Assembly (NCBI GenBank): GCA_040220235.1
Contig: JAVJTO010000140.1
Strand: one strand, 5' to 3'
Source: Coleofasciculus sp. B1-GNL1-01
GTDB lineage: Bacteria; Cyanobacteriota; Cyanobacteriia; Cyanobacteriales; Coleofasciculaceae
Length of the DNA: 29,283 nucleotides
Shown here: positions 18,687-27,743 of the stretch, piece after piece
How the letters are laid out: the number at the start of each line of letters is the position of its first letter
Numbering within the stretch: position 1 is the first letter of the stretch
The notes under the pieces: model-generated
Database searches by the model: none
Seen by the model: only the letters and a program-made list of their open reading frames with translations
Told to the model about the DNA's origin: nothing
Program-made: the position numbers and the translations under genes

Positions 18687-19409
18687 ATGATAGACCAAAC
18701 GACTGCCTCCGTACCCGAAACCTCTAATCAGCTTGCCGAGTTGAGTAGCCAACTTGGGTCGAGTTCTGAGAAAAAACAACTTCAGCTCATTCCCGAACTG
18801 GTGAATCAGGGGGATGCTGGTTTAGATGTTTTGATGGACTTTCTGCAAGCGCAATCCTCAACCCCTCCCAGTCTCAGTTCCGGTCTGGCATACCAAGCCC
18901 TTTATCAGGCAAAGACTGCCAAAACAGAGGAGTTCCTACAAAGCCATTTTCCGACAGGAATTGTTCCCCTATTGTCTGAACGGGATATTGACTACGCTCC
19001 TCTACAACAGTTACTTGCCGAGCAAGAGTTTCAGGCAGCGGATAGGTTGACATTAGAGAAACTTTGTGATTTGGCTGGGTCTGCTGCTCTACAGCGCAAA
19101 TGGTTGTACTTTTCCGAAGTGGAGAAGTTCCCGATTCCCGATTTACAGACAATTAATACCCTGTGGGTGATTCACTCTCAAGGTAAATTTGGATTTTCTG
19201 TGCAGCGGGAACTTTGGCTTGCTGTGGGCAAAAACTGGGAAAAACTGTGGCCCAAAATTGGCTGGAAGTCCGGGAATAGCTGGACTCGATACCCCAATGA
19301 GTTTACCTGGGATCTCAGCGCCCCGAAAGGTCATCTGCCGCTTTCTAATCAGCTACGCGGTGTCCGGGTTATTGCCACGTTGCTATCTCATCCGGCGTGG
19401 TTAAGTTAA
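18687..19409 (+). CDS. gun4: GUN4 porphyrin-binding Mg-chelatase activator
   Basis: N-terminal helical domain; F--ADRLT, RKWLYFSEV, S-GKFGFSVQ, WTRYP-EFTW and GHLPLSNQLRG motifs. ATG at 18687 preferred over TTG at 18660. Confidence 0.92.
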   Translation: MIDQTTASVPETSNQLAELSSQLGSSSEKKQLQLIPELVNQGDAGLDVLMDFLQAQSSTPPSLSSGLAYQALYQAKTAKTEEFLQSHFPTGIVPLLSERDIDYAPLQQLLAEQEFQAADRLTLEKLCDLAGSAALQRKWLYFSEVEKFPIPDLQTINTLWVIHSQGKFGFSVQRELWLAVGKNWEKLWPKIGWKSGNSWTRYPNEFTWDLSAPKGHLPLSNQLRGVRVIATLLSHPAWLS

Positions 19410-19410
19410 A

Positions 19411-19472
19411 GTTGGTCATTTGTCATTGGTCATTGGTCATTGGTCATTGGTCATTTGTCATTTGGCATTTGT
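19411..19472 (+). repeat. STRR2 heptamer tandem repeat TT(G/T)GTCA
   Basis: About 8 copies directly after the gun4 stop. Confidence 0.85.
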
Positions 19473-19492
19473 GGTAATTTAACGGCTAGGTC

Positions 19493-19552
19493 GGGGCGGG
19501 TTTAGTTACATTCGGGTGACCACAAATGATAGTAGTGAAACCCGCCCCTACA
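19493..19552 (-). repeat. REPIN-like element, copy B
   Basis: GGGGCGGGTTT...AAACCCGCCCCTACA with the conserved spacer. Confidence 0.75.
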
Positions 19553-19621
19553 GGTTTCTCATCTCCCTCAATTGGCGATCGCGGATTGGGGTTCAATTTT
19601 TCCCGACACCCGACACCCTAA

Positions 19622-21169
19622 TCAGGGTAGCCAGTGGGGGAGGAATCCTGGTAATAATGGCTCAGGTTGGAGTTGTACGGGTGTTTCTGAGGTTATAGAT
19701 TCATCTAAGGGCAATAGCCAAAGACGCCCGGTGGCGATCGCTTGTCCTTCGTCGTTCCTTAAACTGTCAATGGCTGAGGCGGGTCGGGTGGCTACCTGAT
19801 CGAATAATAAGGCTAAACCATCTGGGGATAAACTCAGTTGAATATCACGCTGTTCTGGCAGAACGACTAAGGGTTGTATTGGACTCTCCTCACTATCGGG
19901 TTCAGTGTCGAGATTAACGGCGGCGATAAAGGGTTCCTCGCGATACTCTTCCCCTTGAATCAGTTGCGTCAGGAGACAATAGAGGGTTTCCTGACTGGGG
20001 GCGAACTCACAGTTGACAATCGAACCGGTTGTGCGGAGGAGTTCTTCCTCAGTTCCCTGATTATTGACCAAAAACAGCGATCGCGTGTAGTCGGTGTTAA
20101 ATTTCACCATTGTCGCTGCTGCACCATCGCTGGCAAAGCTGAGAACTTGACCAAATTTGGGCAGAAAGTCTAGGGGTTCGGCGTCGGCGTTTAAGGGCAG
20201 AATCGCCACCCCTTGTCCTTGGGCTACGGCTAATGAGGCACTATCTGGGGCAATTACAAATTCCCCACCGGGCTGATTCTCTAAGGGTTGGGGTTCGCCA
20301 TCAGCGGGGATCATCCACAGACCAAAGTCAGCAGGATCTTCTCGATTCACTCGCTGTACCACAATGATTTGTCCGTCTCTGGATAAGTCAAATTGCAGAT
20401 TTTGATAGTTTTCGCTATCTAATACCAAATCCAGCTTACCAGGGGTTTGCTGAGCCGGAGAACGCTGATTTGGCGAGGGAAACGATAGTCCTGTGGTTAC
20501 GGTGTACAGTTGTGCCGTGAGTAACCCCTTTGCCTGATTTTGGCGATCATTAGCGGAAAATAAAATGCGATCGCTCCCCGGATAGGGCTGAAAGTCCAGT
20601 ACCACCAGATCAGCAGGTGTCAGCAGCGTTTTTTGCTGTTGGGTGAGATTATAGAGAATTAACCGCCCTTGTTCTTCCCCTTCAACGCCAATGTAAGCAA
20701 ACGCGCGATCGCGACTGTGAAAGGTTGCCTGAAACGGTTCCATGACGGTACCTTCTTCTTCAACTCCTGGTATTTTCTCCTTTGCCCCCTGAAGCTGAAC
20801 CTGATAGTCATTACCATAGGGAATCGGCGAAAGCAACGTATACGCCATTTTTCGCCCCGCCCAGCTAATCTTGCCCTCGATTGGCGGTATCTCTGAGGGA
20901 CTCACCTCACCCTCTGGCAAAACTGGCGTGATTTTGAGATTCGCTTCTACGCTGGCGTGGTTCATCGGACGGCTAAAGGTTAGAATAAACGCCGTATCCT
21001 CTGCACTGACGTATTTGTCCTGCCAACTGAAATCCCTAACTCTAGGTCGAGTGGTATCGCCTGTCAATAGCACGATGCCAATAAACAGACTTAACACTAC
21101 CATGATTATCAAAGCCAGACGATCAATGGGTTGGAGAAATTTTTTAGATGGTAAGGTTGGAGCAGTCAT
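19622..21169 (-). CDS. Membrane-anchored protein with an Ig-like domain and TolB-like beta-propeller repeats
   Basis: N-terminal TM; FILTFSRPMNHASVEANLKITP Ig-like segment; propeller-type motifs LSRDGQ, APDS, ASDG and LSPDG. Start 21169 (ATG) or 21181 (GTG). Confidence 0.75.
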   Translation of the reverse strand: MTAPTLPSKKFLQPIDRLALIIMVVLSLFIGIVLLTGDTTRPRVRDFSWQDKYVSAEDTAFILTFSRPMNHASVEANLKITPVLPEGEVSPSEIPPIEGKISWAGRKMAYTLLSPIPYGNDYQVQLQGAKEKIPGVEEEGTVMEPFQATFHSRDRAFAYIGVEGEEQGRLILYNLTQQQKTLLTPADLVVLDFQPYPGSDRILFSANDRQNQAKGLLTAQLYTVTTGLSFPSPNQRSPAQQTPGKLDLVLDSENYQNLQFDLSRDGQIIVVQRVNREDPADFGLWMIPADGEPQPLENQPGGEFVIAPDSASLAVAQGQGVAILPLNADAEPLDFLPKFGQVLSFASDGAAATMVKFNTDYTRSLFLVNNQGTEEELLRTTGSIVNCEFAPSQETLYCLLTQLIQGEEYREEPFIAAVNLDTEPDSEESPIQPLVVLPEQRDIQLSLSPDGLALLFDQVATRPASAIDSLRNDEGQAIATGRLWLLPLDESITSETPVQLQPEPLLPGFLPHWLP

Positions 21170-21307
21170 TTCAACGATCACACCTTTTGCTCTAGCATTC
21201 TAGTCTAAATCTCCCTCCAGACAGTAACCATATAGGGTGCAGGCTTTCTCTACTGACTCTTGTCCGGATAAAACAGGGTGTTGTTACCGAATCTTTATAT
21301 TAAATAA

Positions 21308-21325
21308 TCTGTAAAGTTCTGTAAA
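21308..21325 (-). promoter_or_regulatory. Putative HLR1 (RpaB) site
   Basis: TTTACAGA-AC-TTTACAGA perfect direct repeat with 10-bp period; consensus is KTTACAWW-N2-KTTACAWW. Confidence 0.5.
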
Positions 21326-21424
21326 TTCATCCTTTGGGTGTATTGAATCTATTGTGAGGCGTTTTTAAATTAAGGAGAATACGCCTCGACCCCTGCATAT
21401 ATTACACGTTGCTGACTTACTGCC

Positions 21425-23755
21425 ATGATTTCCCACCTCTATCAGCCCTCAACAAGTCGCCTTTTCGATACCCGTACCCCGGATAAATTGTCTGTGGAAC
21501 CACTTTGCTTAGATGAGCGTATCCTCGGTGCAGCAAGCTGTGGCATTGTCCTCAGCGATGCTTGCCAACCGGATTTGCCAATTGTCTATTGCAATCCCGC
21601 TTTTGAGAGAATTACTGGCTATTCCCGTCAAGAGGTGGTTGGACGCAATTGCCGCTTCCTGCAAGGAGTCGATACTGATCCGCAGGTGGTTGAGCAAATC
21701 CGTCAGGCTCTACGAACTGAGCAAGAGGTGAAGGTAGTCCTTAAGAATTATCGCAAAGATGGGACACCCTTTTGGAATGAGCTAGCGATCTCACCGATTC
21801 GAGACGCCAAGGGGCGCGTGATCTATTTTGTTGGCGTTCAGACTGATATTACATCTCAAAAGCAAGCCCAAGAGGAACTTCAGCGCAATCATGCTTTATT
21901 AAAGGCGCAACAAGAAGCTGATCCGGATGGTGTCATTGTCATTGCTCCCAATGGTCAAATCATTAATCACAATTCTCGCTTTTGCCAAATGTGGCAGGTT
22001 CCTGATGACATGATGAAATCCTCCGATAAAGAGGAATTTTTAGAATGTGTGTTGCCCTTAATTGCTGAACCGCTAAAAGTGTTTAGTAAAGTCGAATATC
22101 TGGAACAGCATCCGCCACTAACTCATAAGGATGAAATTCAGCTAACTGATGGACGAATTTTCGAGCTTTATTCCACGCCAGCTTTATCGGCTACAGGAAC
22201 GTGCTACGGCAGAATTTGGTCATTCCGTGACATTACCCAAAACAAACGAACTGAACAGCAATTAAAGCAACAAGCCAAGCAAGAACGGCTTTTGAGCTGT
22301 ATAAATCAGCGAATTAACCAATCCTTGAATCTGAATGAAGTCCTGAATACAGCCGTCGCAGAAGTGCGAAAATTTATAAAGTGCGATCGCACTCTGATTT
22401 ATCGGTTTGACCCAGATTGGGCAGGAACCGTTGATGTGGAGTCAGTTGGCGGTGGGTGGATGAGAATTGTTGGCACAACCATTGAGGACAATTTTTTTAA
22501 GAATCCTGACGTGACATCGCTTCTCTATCAAGACGGTTATATTCGAGTTATTGACGATATCTACAACGCCAATTTAAGCCCCTGTCACATTGAATTACTT
22601 GAAAATCTTCAGGTTCAGGCTAGCTTAGTCGCCCCTATTCTACAAGGTAAAAAGCTCTGGGGATTACTGGTTGCCCATCACTGTTCGGAAGTGCGACAAT
22701 GGCAGCAACAGGAAATTGAATGTGTGCGAAAACTTAGTATTCAGTTAAGCATGGCAATTCAGCAAGCGGCATTGTTTGAGCAAGTCTCGGCTGAACTCAA
22801 GGAACGCCAAGCCGCTGAAGCCGCCTTGCGAGAGTCGGAAACAAACTTGAAGGAAAAAGCCACCCAGCTTGAAAAAACTCTGCGTGAACTTAAACAGACT
22901 CAACTTAAACTGATTCAAAATGAAAAAATGTCGAGTTTGGGACAGTTAGTAGCAGGAATTGCTCATGAAATTAATAATCCGATTACGTTTATCTCTGGGA
23001 ATATTGATCATGCCAATCAATATGCTCAAGATTTATTGGAGTTAGTGCAACTCTATGAACAGCACTATCCCCAACCTGCACCAGAAATTGAAACCTTAAC
23101 TGAGGACATTGATATCGAATTTCTCCGAGAAGATTTGCCCAAACTTCTTAGTTCCATGCAATTCGGGGTTAACCGTCTGGAAACGTTAGTTAGCAGCCTA
23201 AAGAATTTCTCGCGCCTGGATGAAGCTGAACGCAAATGCATGGATATTGAACAAGGGATGGAGAATACGCTGTTAATTTTGCAGCACCGCTTAAAGCCGG
23301 ACGCTTCTACTATCCAAGTCGTCAAAGACTATGGCAAGTTGCCATCTGTAGACTGTTATCCAGGACAACTCAATCAAGTCTTTATGAATTTGCTGAATAA
23401 TGCCATTGATGCTCTTAATTCCGGGGATGAACAAGCGGATAAGAATAAGGGTTCAGCATCAACAGAACTCTCTTTTCCTGATCATGCTCCTACGCCGACG
23501 ATATGGATTCGGACTGAATTATCGGAGCGCAATTCTGTATTGATCCACATTGCTGATAATGGTTGTGGCATTGCTGAACACATCAAGGAACAAATTTTCG
23601 ACCCATTTTTTACCACAAAACCTGTAGGAGAAGGAACAGGGTTAGGATTATCGATTAGCTATCAAATTGTCGTAGACAAACATGGGGGAAATTTACATTG
23701 CTTCTCCGCACCCGGATGCGGTACAGAGTTTGTGGTGGAAATTCCCTTATTGTAG
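21425..23755 (+). CDS. LOV-PAS-GAF (cyanobacteriochrome-type) sensor histidine kinase
   Basis: LOV GRNCRFLQG (Cys76), NYRKDG-PFWN and GVQTDIT; PAS; GAF with DR-LIYRF, LSPCH (Cys387) and LWGLLVAHHC; H-box AHEINNP, NAIDA, DNG-G, FFTTK and GTGLGL. Confidence 0.92.
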   Translation: MISHLYQPSTSRLFDTRTPDKLSVEPLCLDERILGAASCGIVLSDACQPDLPIVYCNPAFERITGYSRQEVVGRNCRFLQGVDTDPQVVEQIRQALRTEQEVKVVLKNYRKDGTPFWNELAISPIRDAKGRVIYFVGVQTDITSQKQAQEELQRNHALLKAQQEADPDGVIVIAPNGQIINHNSRFCQMWQVPDDMMKSSDKEEFLECVLPLIAEPLKVFSKVEYLEQHPPLTHKDEIQLTDGRIFELYSTPALSATGTCYGRIWSFRDITQNKRTEQQLKQQAKQERLLSCINQRINQSLNLNEVLNTAVAEVRKFIKCDRTLIYRFDPDWAGTVDVESVGGGWMRIVGTTIEDNFFKNPDVTSLLYQDGYIRVIDDIYNANLSPCHIELLENLQVQASLVAPILQGKKLWGLLVAHHCSEVRQWQQQEIECVRKLSIQLSMAIQQAALFEQVSAELKERQAAEAALRESETNLKEKATQLEKTLRELKQTQLKLIQNEKMSSLGQLVAGIAHEINNPITFISGNIDHANQYAQDLLELVQLYEQHYPQPAPEIETLTEDIDIEFLREDLPKLLSSMQFGVNRLETLVSSLKNFSRLDEAERKCMDIEQGMENTLLILQHRLKPDASTIQVVKDYGKLPSVDCYPGQLNQVFMNLLNNAIDALNSGDEQADKNKGSASTELSFPDHAPTPTIWIRTELSERNSVLIHIADNGCGIAEHIKEQIFDPFFTTKPVGEGTGLGLSISYQIVVDKHGGNLHCFSAPGCGTEFVVEIPLL

Positions 23756-23762
23756 GGTTCCG

Positions 23763-23815
23763 CAGATGCTTCGTTTCGTTCCTCCGCTTCGCTCCGGACT
23801 CTACTCAGCATGACA
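23763..23815 (-). repeat. TGTCATGCTGAG...GAAGCATCT-type dispersed repeat with apparent internal insertion
   Basis: AGATGCTTCG...CTCAGCATGACA between convergent genes. Confidence 0.4.
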
Positions 23816-23914
23816 GATTACCTCTTTCACTGCAACTTGGTATTAGTCGCCGGAGTGTGAGATTTTACGGTTAAATTGGGGGCAAGCCTTCCTTGGTGTC
23901 AACTTAACCGAATC

Positions 23915-24796
23915 TCATCCAATAATTTGCTCAATCATCCGATTGGCTTGCGATCCATACCCACCACCAAAAAGATTGAAGTGATTGATGATATGGTACA
24001 AGTTGTACAAGGTTTTGCGCTGCTTATACCCCGAATCTAACTGCCACACTTGGTTATACCCCCGATAGAACGCCGCCGGAAAGCCCCCAAACAATTCTGT
24101 CATGGCAATATCCGCTTCGCGATCGCCGACATAAGTTGCCGGATCTAACAGTACAGGTTCCCCTGATGTAGTAACAGCAGCATTTCCCCCCCACAAATCC
24201 CCGTGAATCAAAGAGGGTTTGGGTTGATGATCCAACAATTCAGGAACTTTTGCCAATAATTTATCTTGTCCCGGAAAATGTCCCCCGCGACGCCGTGCTA
24301 GTTTGAATTGGTATCCTAATCGATGTTCGGCAAAGAATTCTGCCCAATCATCCATCCAATCGTTAATTTGTGGCGTAGAACCAATGGTGTTGTTTTGATT
24401 CCAACCAAATCGCCCGTCTTTCCCTTGAGGCAGAGTCGCCTGATGCATCGCCGCTAGCTGGCGTCCCATTTCTACCCAGGATTCACTATTCCCACTGCCA
24501 AATTCCAGCCACTCTAGGACAATATACGCCGAATTTCCAGCGACACCATAGACGATGGGTTGCGGAACTCGAATCGTATGGGTATCTAGCATTTGCTTTA
24601 ATCCCAACGCCTCTGCTTCAAACATACTGACTTGAGAGGCTTGGTTAGTCTTGACAAAATAGGTAGCATCGTCACCGATTAACGCACAACCCTGATTAAT
24701 GCAGCCGCCACTCACCGAACGGCGATTTACGACTTCAAAGGGTTTGCCTGTGACTTGGCTAATCTGGGCAGCTATCTCTGTCCACATCGTTGACAT
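23915..24796 (-). CDS. Fructosamine kinase family protein
   Basis: SGGCIN, YFVK-N, FEAEA-GL, NTIG-TPQ-N, HGDLWGGN, DPA-Y-GDRE-DIAMTELFGGF and HFNLFGGGY motifs. Real start is probably ATG 24796 or 24787, not 24925. Confidence 0.92.
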   Translation of the reverse strand: MSTMWTEIAAQISQVTGKPFEVVNRRSVSGGCINQGCALIGDDATYFVKTNQASQVSMFEAEALGLKQMLDTHTIRVPQPIVYGVAGNSAYIVLEWLEFGSGNSESWVEMGRQLAAMHQATLPQGKDGRFGWNQNNTIGSTPQINDWMDDWAEFFAEHRLGYQFKLARRRGGHFPGQDKLLAKVPELLDHQPKPSLIHGDLWGGNAAVTTSGEPVLLDPATYVGDREADIAMTELFGGFPAAFYRGYNQVWQLDSGYKQRKTLYNLYHIINHFNLFGGGYGSQANRMIEQIIG

Positions 24797-24925
24797 TGGT
24801 ATGTTGGCGGCAGACTTCCAACGCCAGTTTATCAGAAAGGAGGATCGACGTTGACTTCTTTTTCCGTGGAGCCTTCTATCCTCTGCCCTGGAACCTTCTG
24901 GCTTTCCCCGTAATCCCTGAGACAA

Positions 24926-25339
24926 TTATTGGCTATCTTTTGAGGAATAGTCAGAACAATTGGCAGCTTCTTCCGTTAATACCGTACATGGATTTACAGC
25001 ACACTTCAGATAGGGATCATTTTTAAAATATTTACAATTTAAACAAGGAACCTGATGTAATCCTTTGATGGGCTTTAATCGATTCCGGAATGATTTTAAT
25101 AAATTTGACCGTACTAAAATTAAGACCACCCAAGCCATTACCATAAGGCTTAGGGGCATCAGTAATAAGCCTCCATTTTCCTCAAAAGATGACGAATTGC
25201 CTTTTGGTGAATTTGTCGAAAATGGATATTGGGATGGTTGTTCTGTATTAATAGTTTGCCGGGAGCTTAAATTTTGGTTCAAATAAAAATCATCAGCTTG
25301 TTTATTTTGCATGTCATCTACCTCAAAGTATTTTTTCAT
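24926..25339 (-). CDS. Hypothetical membrane protein with a C-terminal Cys cluster
   Basis: TM LLMPLSLMVMAWVVLILV; PCLNCKYF...LKCAVNPC...CSDY. Confidence 0.75.
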   Translation of the reverse strand: MKKYFEVDDMQNKQADDFYLNQNLSSRQTINTEQPSQYPFSTNSPKGNSSSFEENGGLLLMPLSLMVMAWVVLILVRSNLLKSFRNRLKPIKGLHQVPCLNCKYFKNDPYLKCAVNPCTVLTEEAANCSDYSSKDSQ

Positions 25340-25643
25340 CTACATGAAAACTACACTGCTCTTTATTCCACCTTTTTGGGCAACTAACCGGATATAAAAA
25401 TTTTCAATAGTCAGAATTGATCAGACAATCTGCTTGTTCAATCAAATCGGCAAGACCCCTAATTCCGCTTCCAGCTAAGTCTAGTATAGTTATAACTCAA
25501 AAATTAATCTTAAATTTCTCTCTCAAGTTGTATTATCTCGTTCTCTCTAAAGTTGTAGGCTCTAGACCTTCTTAACGAGAGTTAACCACTAGTATAAGCC
25601 GATTTACCCTCGGAAAGTAACCTCTATTGAGTAGACATAGTTA

Positions 25644-25859
25644 GGGCTTGCTGCACAAGCCTGAAACCCTTACAAATAAAGGGTTAGGGCATGATTAAAG
25701 GTGCATCAGGTGCAAGGCGAAAGAAACCCATAAGCTGGAAATCCTGGTATTTTTCGAGGATGCTTAAGCAGAATCTTCCCCCATCAGGGGGTTGAAACTG
25801 TTCCCTGTTCCCTGTTCCCTGTTCCCTCCCCTCACCACAAAACTCCCTAAAGCAGACCC
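25644..25859. mobile_element. 216-bp MITE with 6-bp target-site duplication
   Basis: Ends GGGCTTGCT / AGCAGACCC; flanked by TAGTTA at 25638-25643 and 25860-25865; internal (CTGTTCC)x4; a relative starts at 29146. Confidence 0.7.
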
Positions 25860-25925
25860 TAGTTATTAATTTGTGCAAGAAGTCGCCCCTACACGAGATC
25901 TAAAGGTGATAGGATTCCATTGGTG

Positions 25926-27449
25926 TTAACTTAAACAACGAATGGCTTCTAATAAGCCTCTGGCTTTATTCAGGGTTTCTTCGTATTCTTTTTCTGGGTT
26001 AGAGTCAGCCACTAAACCAGCACCCGCTTGCACCGATACTGTATGTGTACCAGAGGGATGCGGACGAACGACCATAGTGCGAATCGCGATCGCGCTATTG
26101 AGTTGCCCTTCAAAATCATACCAGCCATAGACCCCAGAATAAGCACCCCGCCGTTCTGGTTCCAATTCGTGGATGATTTCCATCGCCCGAATTTTCGGCG
26201 CACCACTGACGGTTCCGGCGGGAAAGCAGGCTTTGAGTAACTCCCACGCTGTTTTAGTGTCAGCCAGTTCTCCTACCACATTACTAACAATGTGCATGAC
26301 ATGGGAATAGCGCTCGATAAGCATTAACTCATCAACGGTTACCGTTCCACTGGTACAAACTCGCCCCAAGTCATTACGTCCCAGATCCACCAACATAACG
26401 TGTTCGGCAACTTCTTTGGGATCGTGCAGTAAATCTTGCGCCAACGCTTCATCTTCCTGAAGTGTTTCACCTCGGCGACGAGTTCCGGCGATGGGACGCA
26501 GGGTGGCTTGGAGTTTTCCGCTGGTTAATCGGCTGGCTTTCACCATCACTTCCGGACTTGACCCAATTAATTGCCAATCACCAAAATTAAAATACGCCAT
26601 ATACGGCGAGGGATTAATCAGACGCAGGGAACGGTATAAAGCAAAGGGATCACCCTGATAGTCAGCCGCAAGCCGTTGGGAGAGAACCACTTGAAAGATA
26701 TCACCCGCACGGATATAGTCTTTAGCTTTTTGGACATTGGCACAAAACTGTTCCTTTTCGGTGTTGCTGGTATAGTTTAACGGCTGTGTCGCGGTTCCTG
26801 GCGGCGTCCATTCCAAAACCGTATCTTTACTGGATAAAGGAAGTTGCAGCTTGTGGACTAATGTCTTGACGCGATCGCAGGCTTGCTGATAAGCCGATTC
26901 CAAGTCCCCATTCGCCTCCCGTAAATCCGCGTAGGCGATCGCCCAAATTTTGCGCTTCACCTGATCAAAAATAATCAGGTTATCCACCTGCATCCACAAT
27001 CCATCCGGCAAATCCTGATCCGAGGGGGAATAAACCGGGACTCGCGGTTCAATCCAGCGAATCAACTCATACCCCCAAAATCCAAATAACCCACCAATTC
27101 CGGGTGGTAATTGGGGCAATTTAACCGGATGATAGGGGCTAAGGCAATCCGTTAACGCCTCAAAAGGATTCCCCTCAAACTCCGTCACCGTACCATTGCG
27201 GTGCGTCTGCGTCGTGCGATCGCCCCGTGCAACTAACACCCATAACGGATCACACCCCAACAAACTGTAGCGTCCCACATTTTCTCCCCCTTCCACGGAT
27301 TCCAGGAGAAAACTATAGGGTTGACCCGCACAGACTTTATACCAAGCCGACACCGGAGTTTCTAAATCTGCCACCCACTCTTGGTAAACGGGTACAAAAT
27401 TACCCTGTTGAGACAGGGTGCAAAATTGAGAAAACTCAGGTAATATCAT
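25926..27449 (-). CDS. trpE: Anthranilate synthase component I
   Basis: DLETP, FLLESVEGG---GRYS, GDIFQVVLSQR, NPSPYM, RPIAGTR, AEHVMLVDLGRND, FPAGTVSGAPKIRAM and QAGAGLVADS. ATG 27449 preferred over TTG 27458. Confidence 0.96.
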   Translation of the reverse strand: MILPEFSQFCTLSQQGNFVPVYQEWVADLETPVSAWYKVCAGQPYSFLLESVEGGENVGRYSLLGCDPLWVLVARGDRTTQTHRNGTVTEFEGNPFEALTDCLSPYHPVKLPQLPPGIGGLFGFWGYELIRWIEPRVPVYSPSDQDLPDGLWMQVDNLIIFDQVKRKIWAIAYADLREANGDLESAYQQACDRVKTLVHKLQLPLSSKDTVLEWTPPGTATQPLNYTSNTEKEQFCANVQKAKDYIRAGDIFQVVLSQRLAADYQGDPFALYRSLRLINPSPYMAYFNFGDWQLIGSSPEVMVKASRLTSGKLQATLRPIAGTRRRGETLQEDEALAQDLLHDPKEVAEHVMLVDLGRNDLGRVCTSGTVTVDELMLIERYSHVMHIVSNVVGELADTKTAWELLKACFPAGTVSGAPKIRAMEIIHELEPERRGAYSGVYGWYDFEGQLNSAIAIRTMVVRPHPSGTHTVSVQAGAGLVADSNPEKEYEETLNKARGLLEAIRCLS

Positions 27450-27509
27450 AGGCTTCAATGGGAGGGATGAATGATGAGGAAGATGGGGGAGATGAGGAAG
27501 GGTTGGTCA

Positions 27510-27570
27510 GGGCGGGTTTAGTTACTTATGGGTGAAGCAATAAACGATAGTAGTGAAACCCGCCCCTACA
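27510..27570 (-). repeat. REPIN-like element, copy C
   Basis: GGGCGGGTTT...AAACCCGCCCCTACA with the conserved spacer. Confidence 0.75.
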
Positions 27571-27596
27571 CCGTCAACACTTCCCCTATTACCAAA

Positions 27597-27639
27597 TTGA
27601 AGGTTGAACCGTTCACCGAGATGAACGAACAACCTTCAA
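27597..27639 (-). terminator. Hairpin downstream of psaD (terminator or stability element)
   Basis: TTGAAGGTTG..CGTTCA-loop-TGAACG..CAACCTTCAA. Confidence 0.45.
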
Positions 27640-27743
27640 ACAAATTAACAGACCAGCAACCGATTAACCAGTGCAGCGCCCGTCAGTAACCCGTTAACCC
27701 GCTATCCTGAATGAGTATTCAGTTGCCTAATACGGGTCAGCGA

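Noticed and set aside
19411..19472. Tandem repeats (also 11472, 18490 and 25798) as a CRISPR array
   Set aside because: Units are 7-9 bp with no unique spacers, and no cas genes are present; these are STRR-type repeats.
24797..24925. N-terminal extension of the fructosamine kinase in the ORF track
   Set aside because: Family similarity begins at MWTEI; the extension is basic and non-homologous, and is probably an over-called start.
25684..25878. 64-aa ORF as a transposase remnant
   Set aside because: It lies over the MITE and translates heptamer repeats; no DDE or HUH motif.
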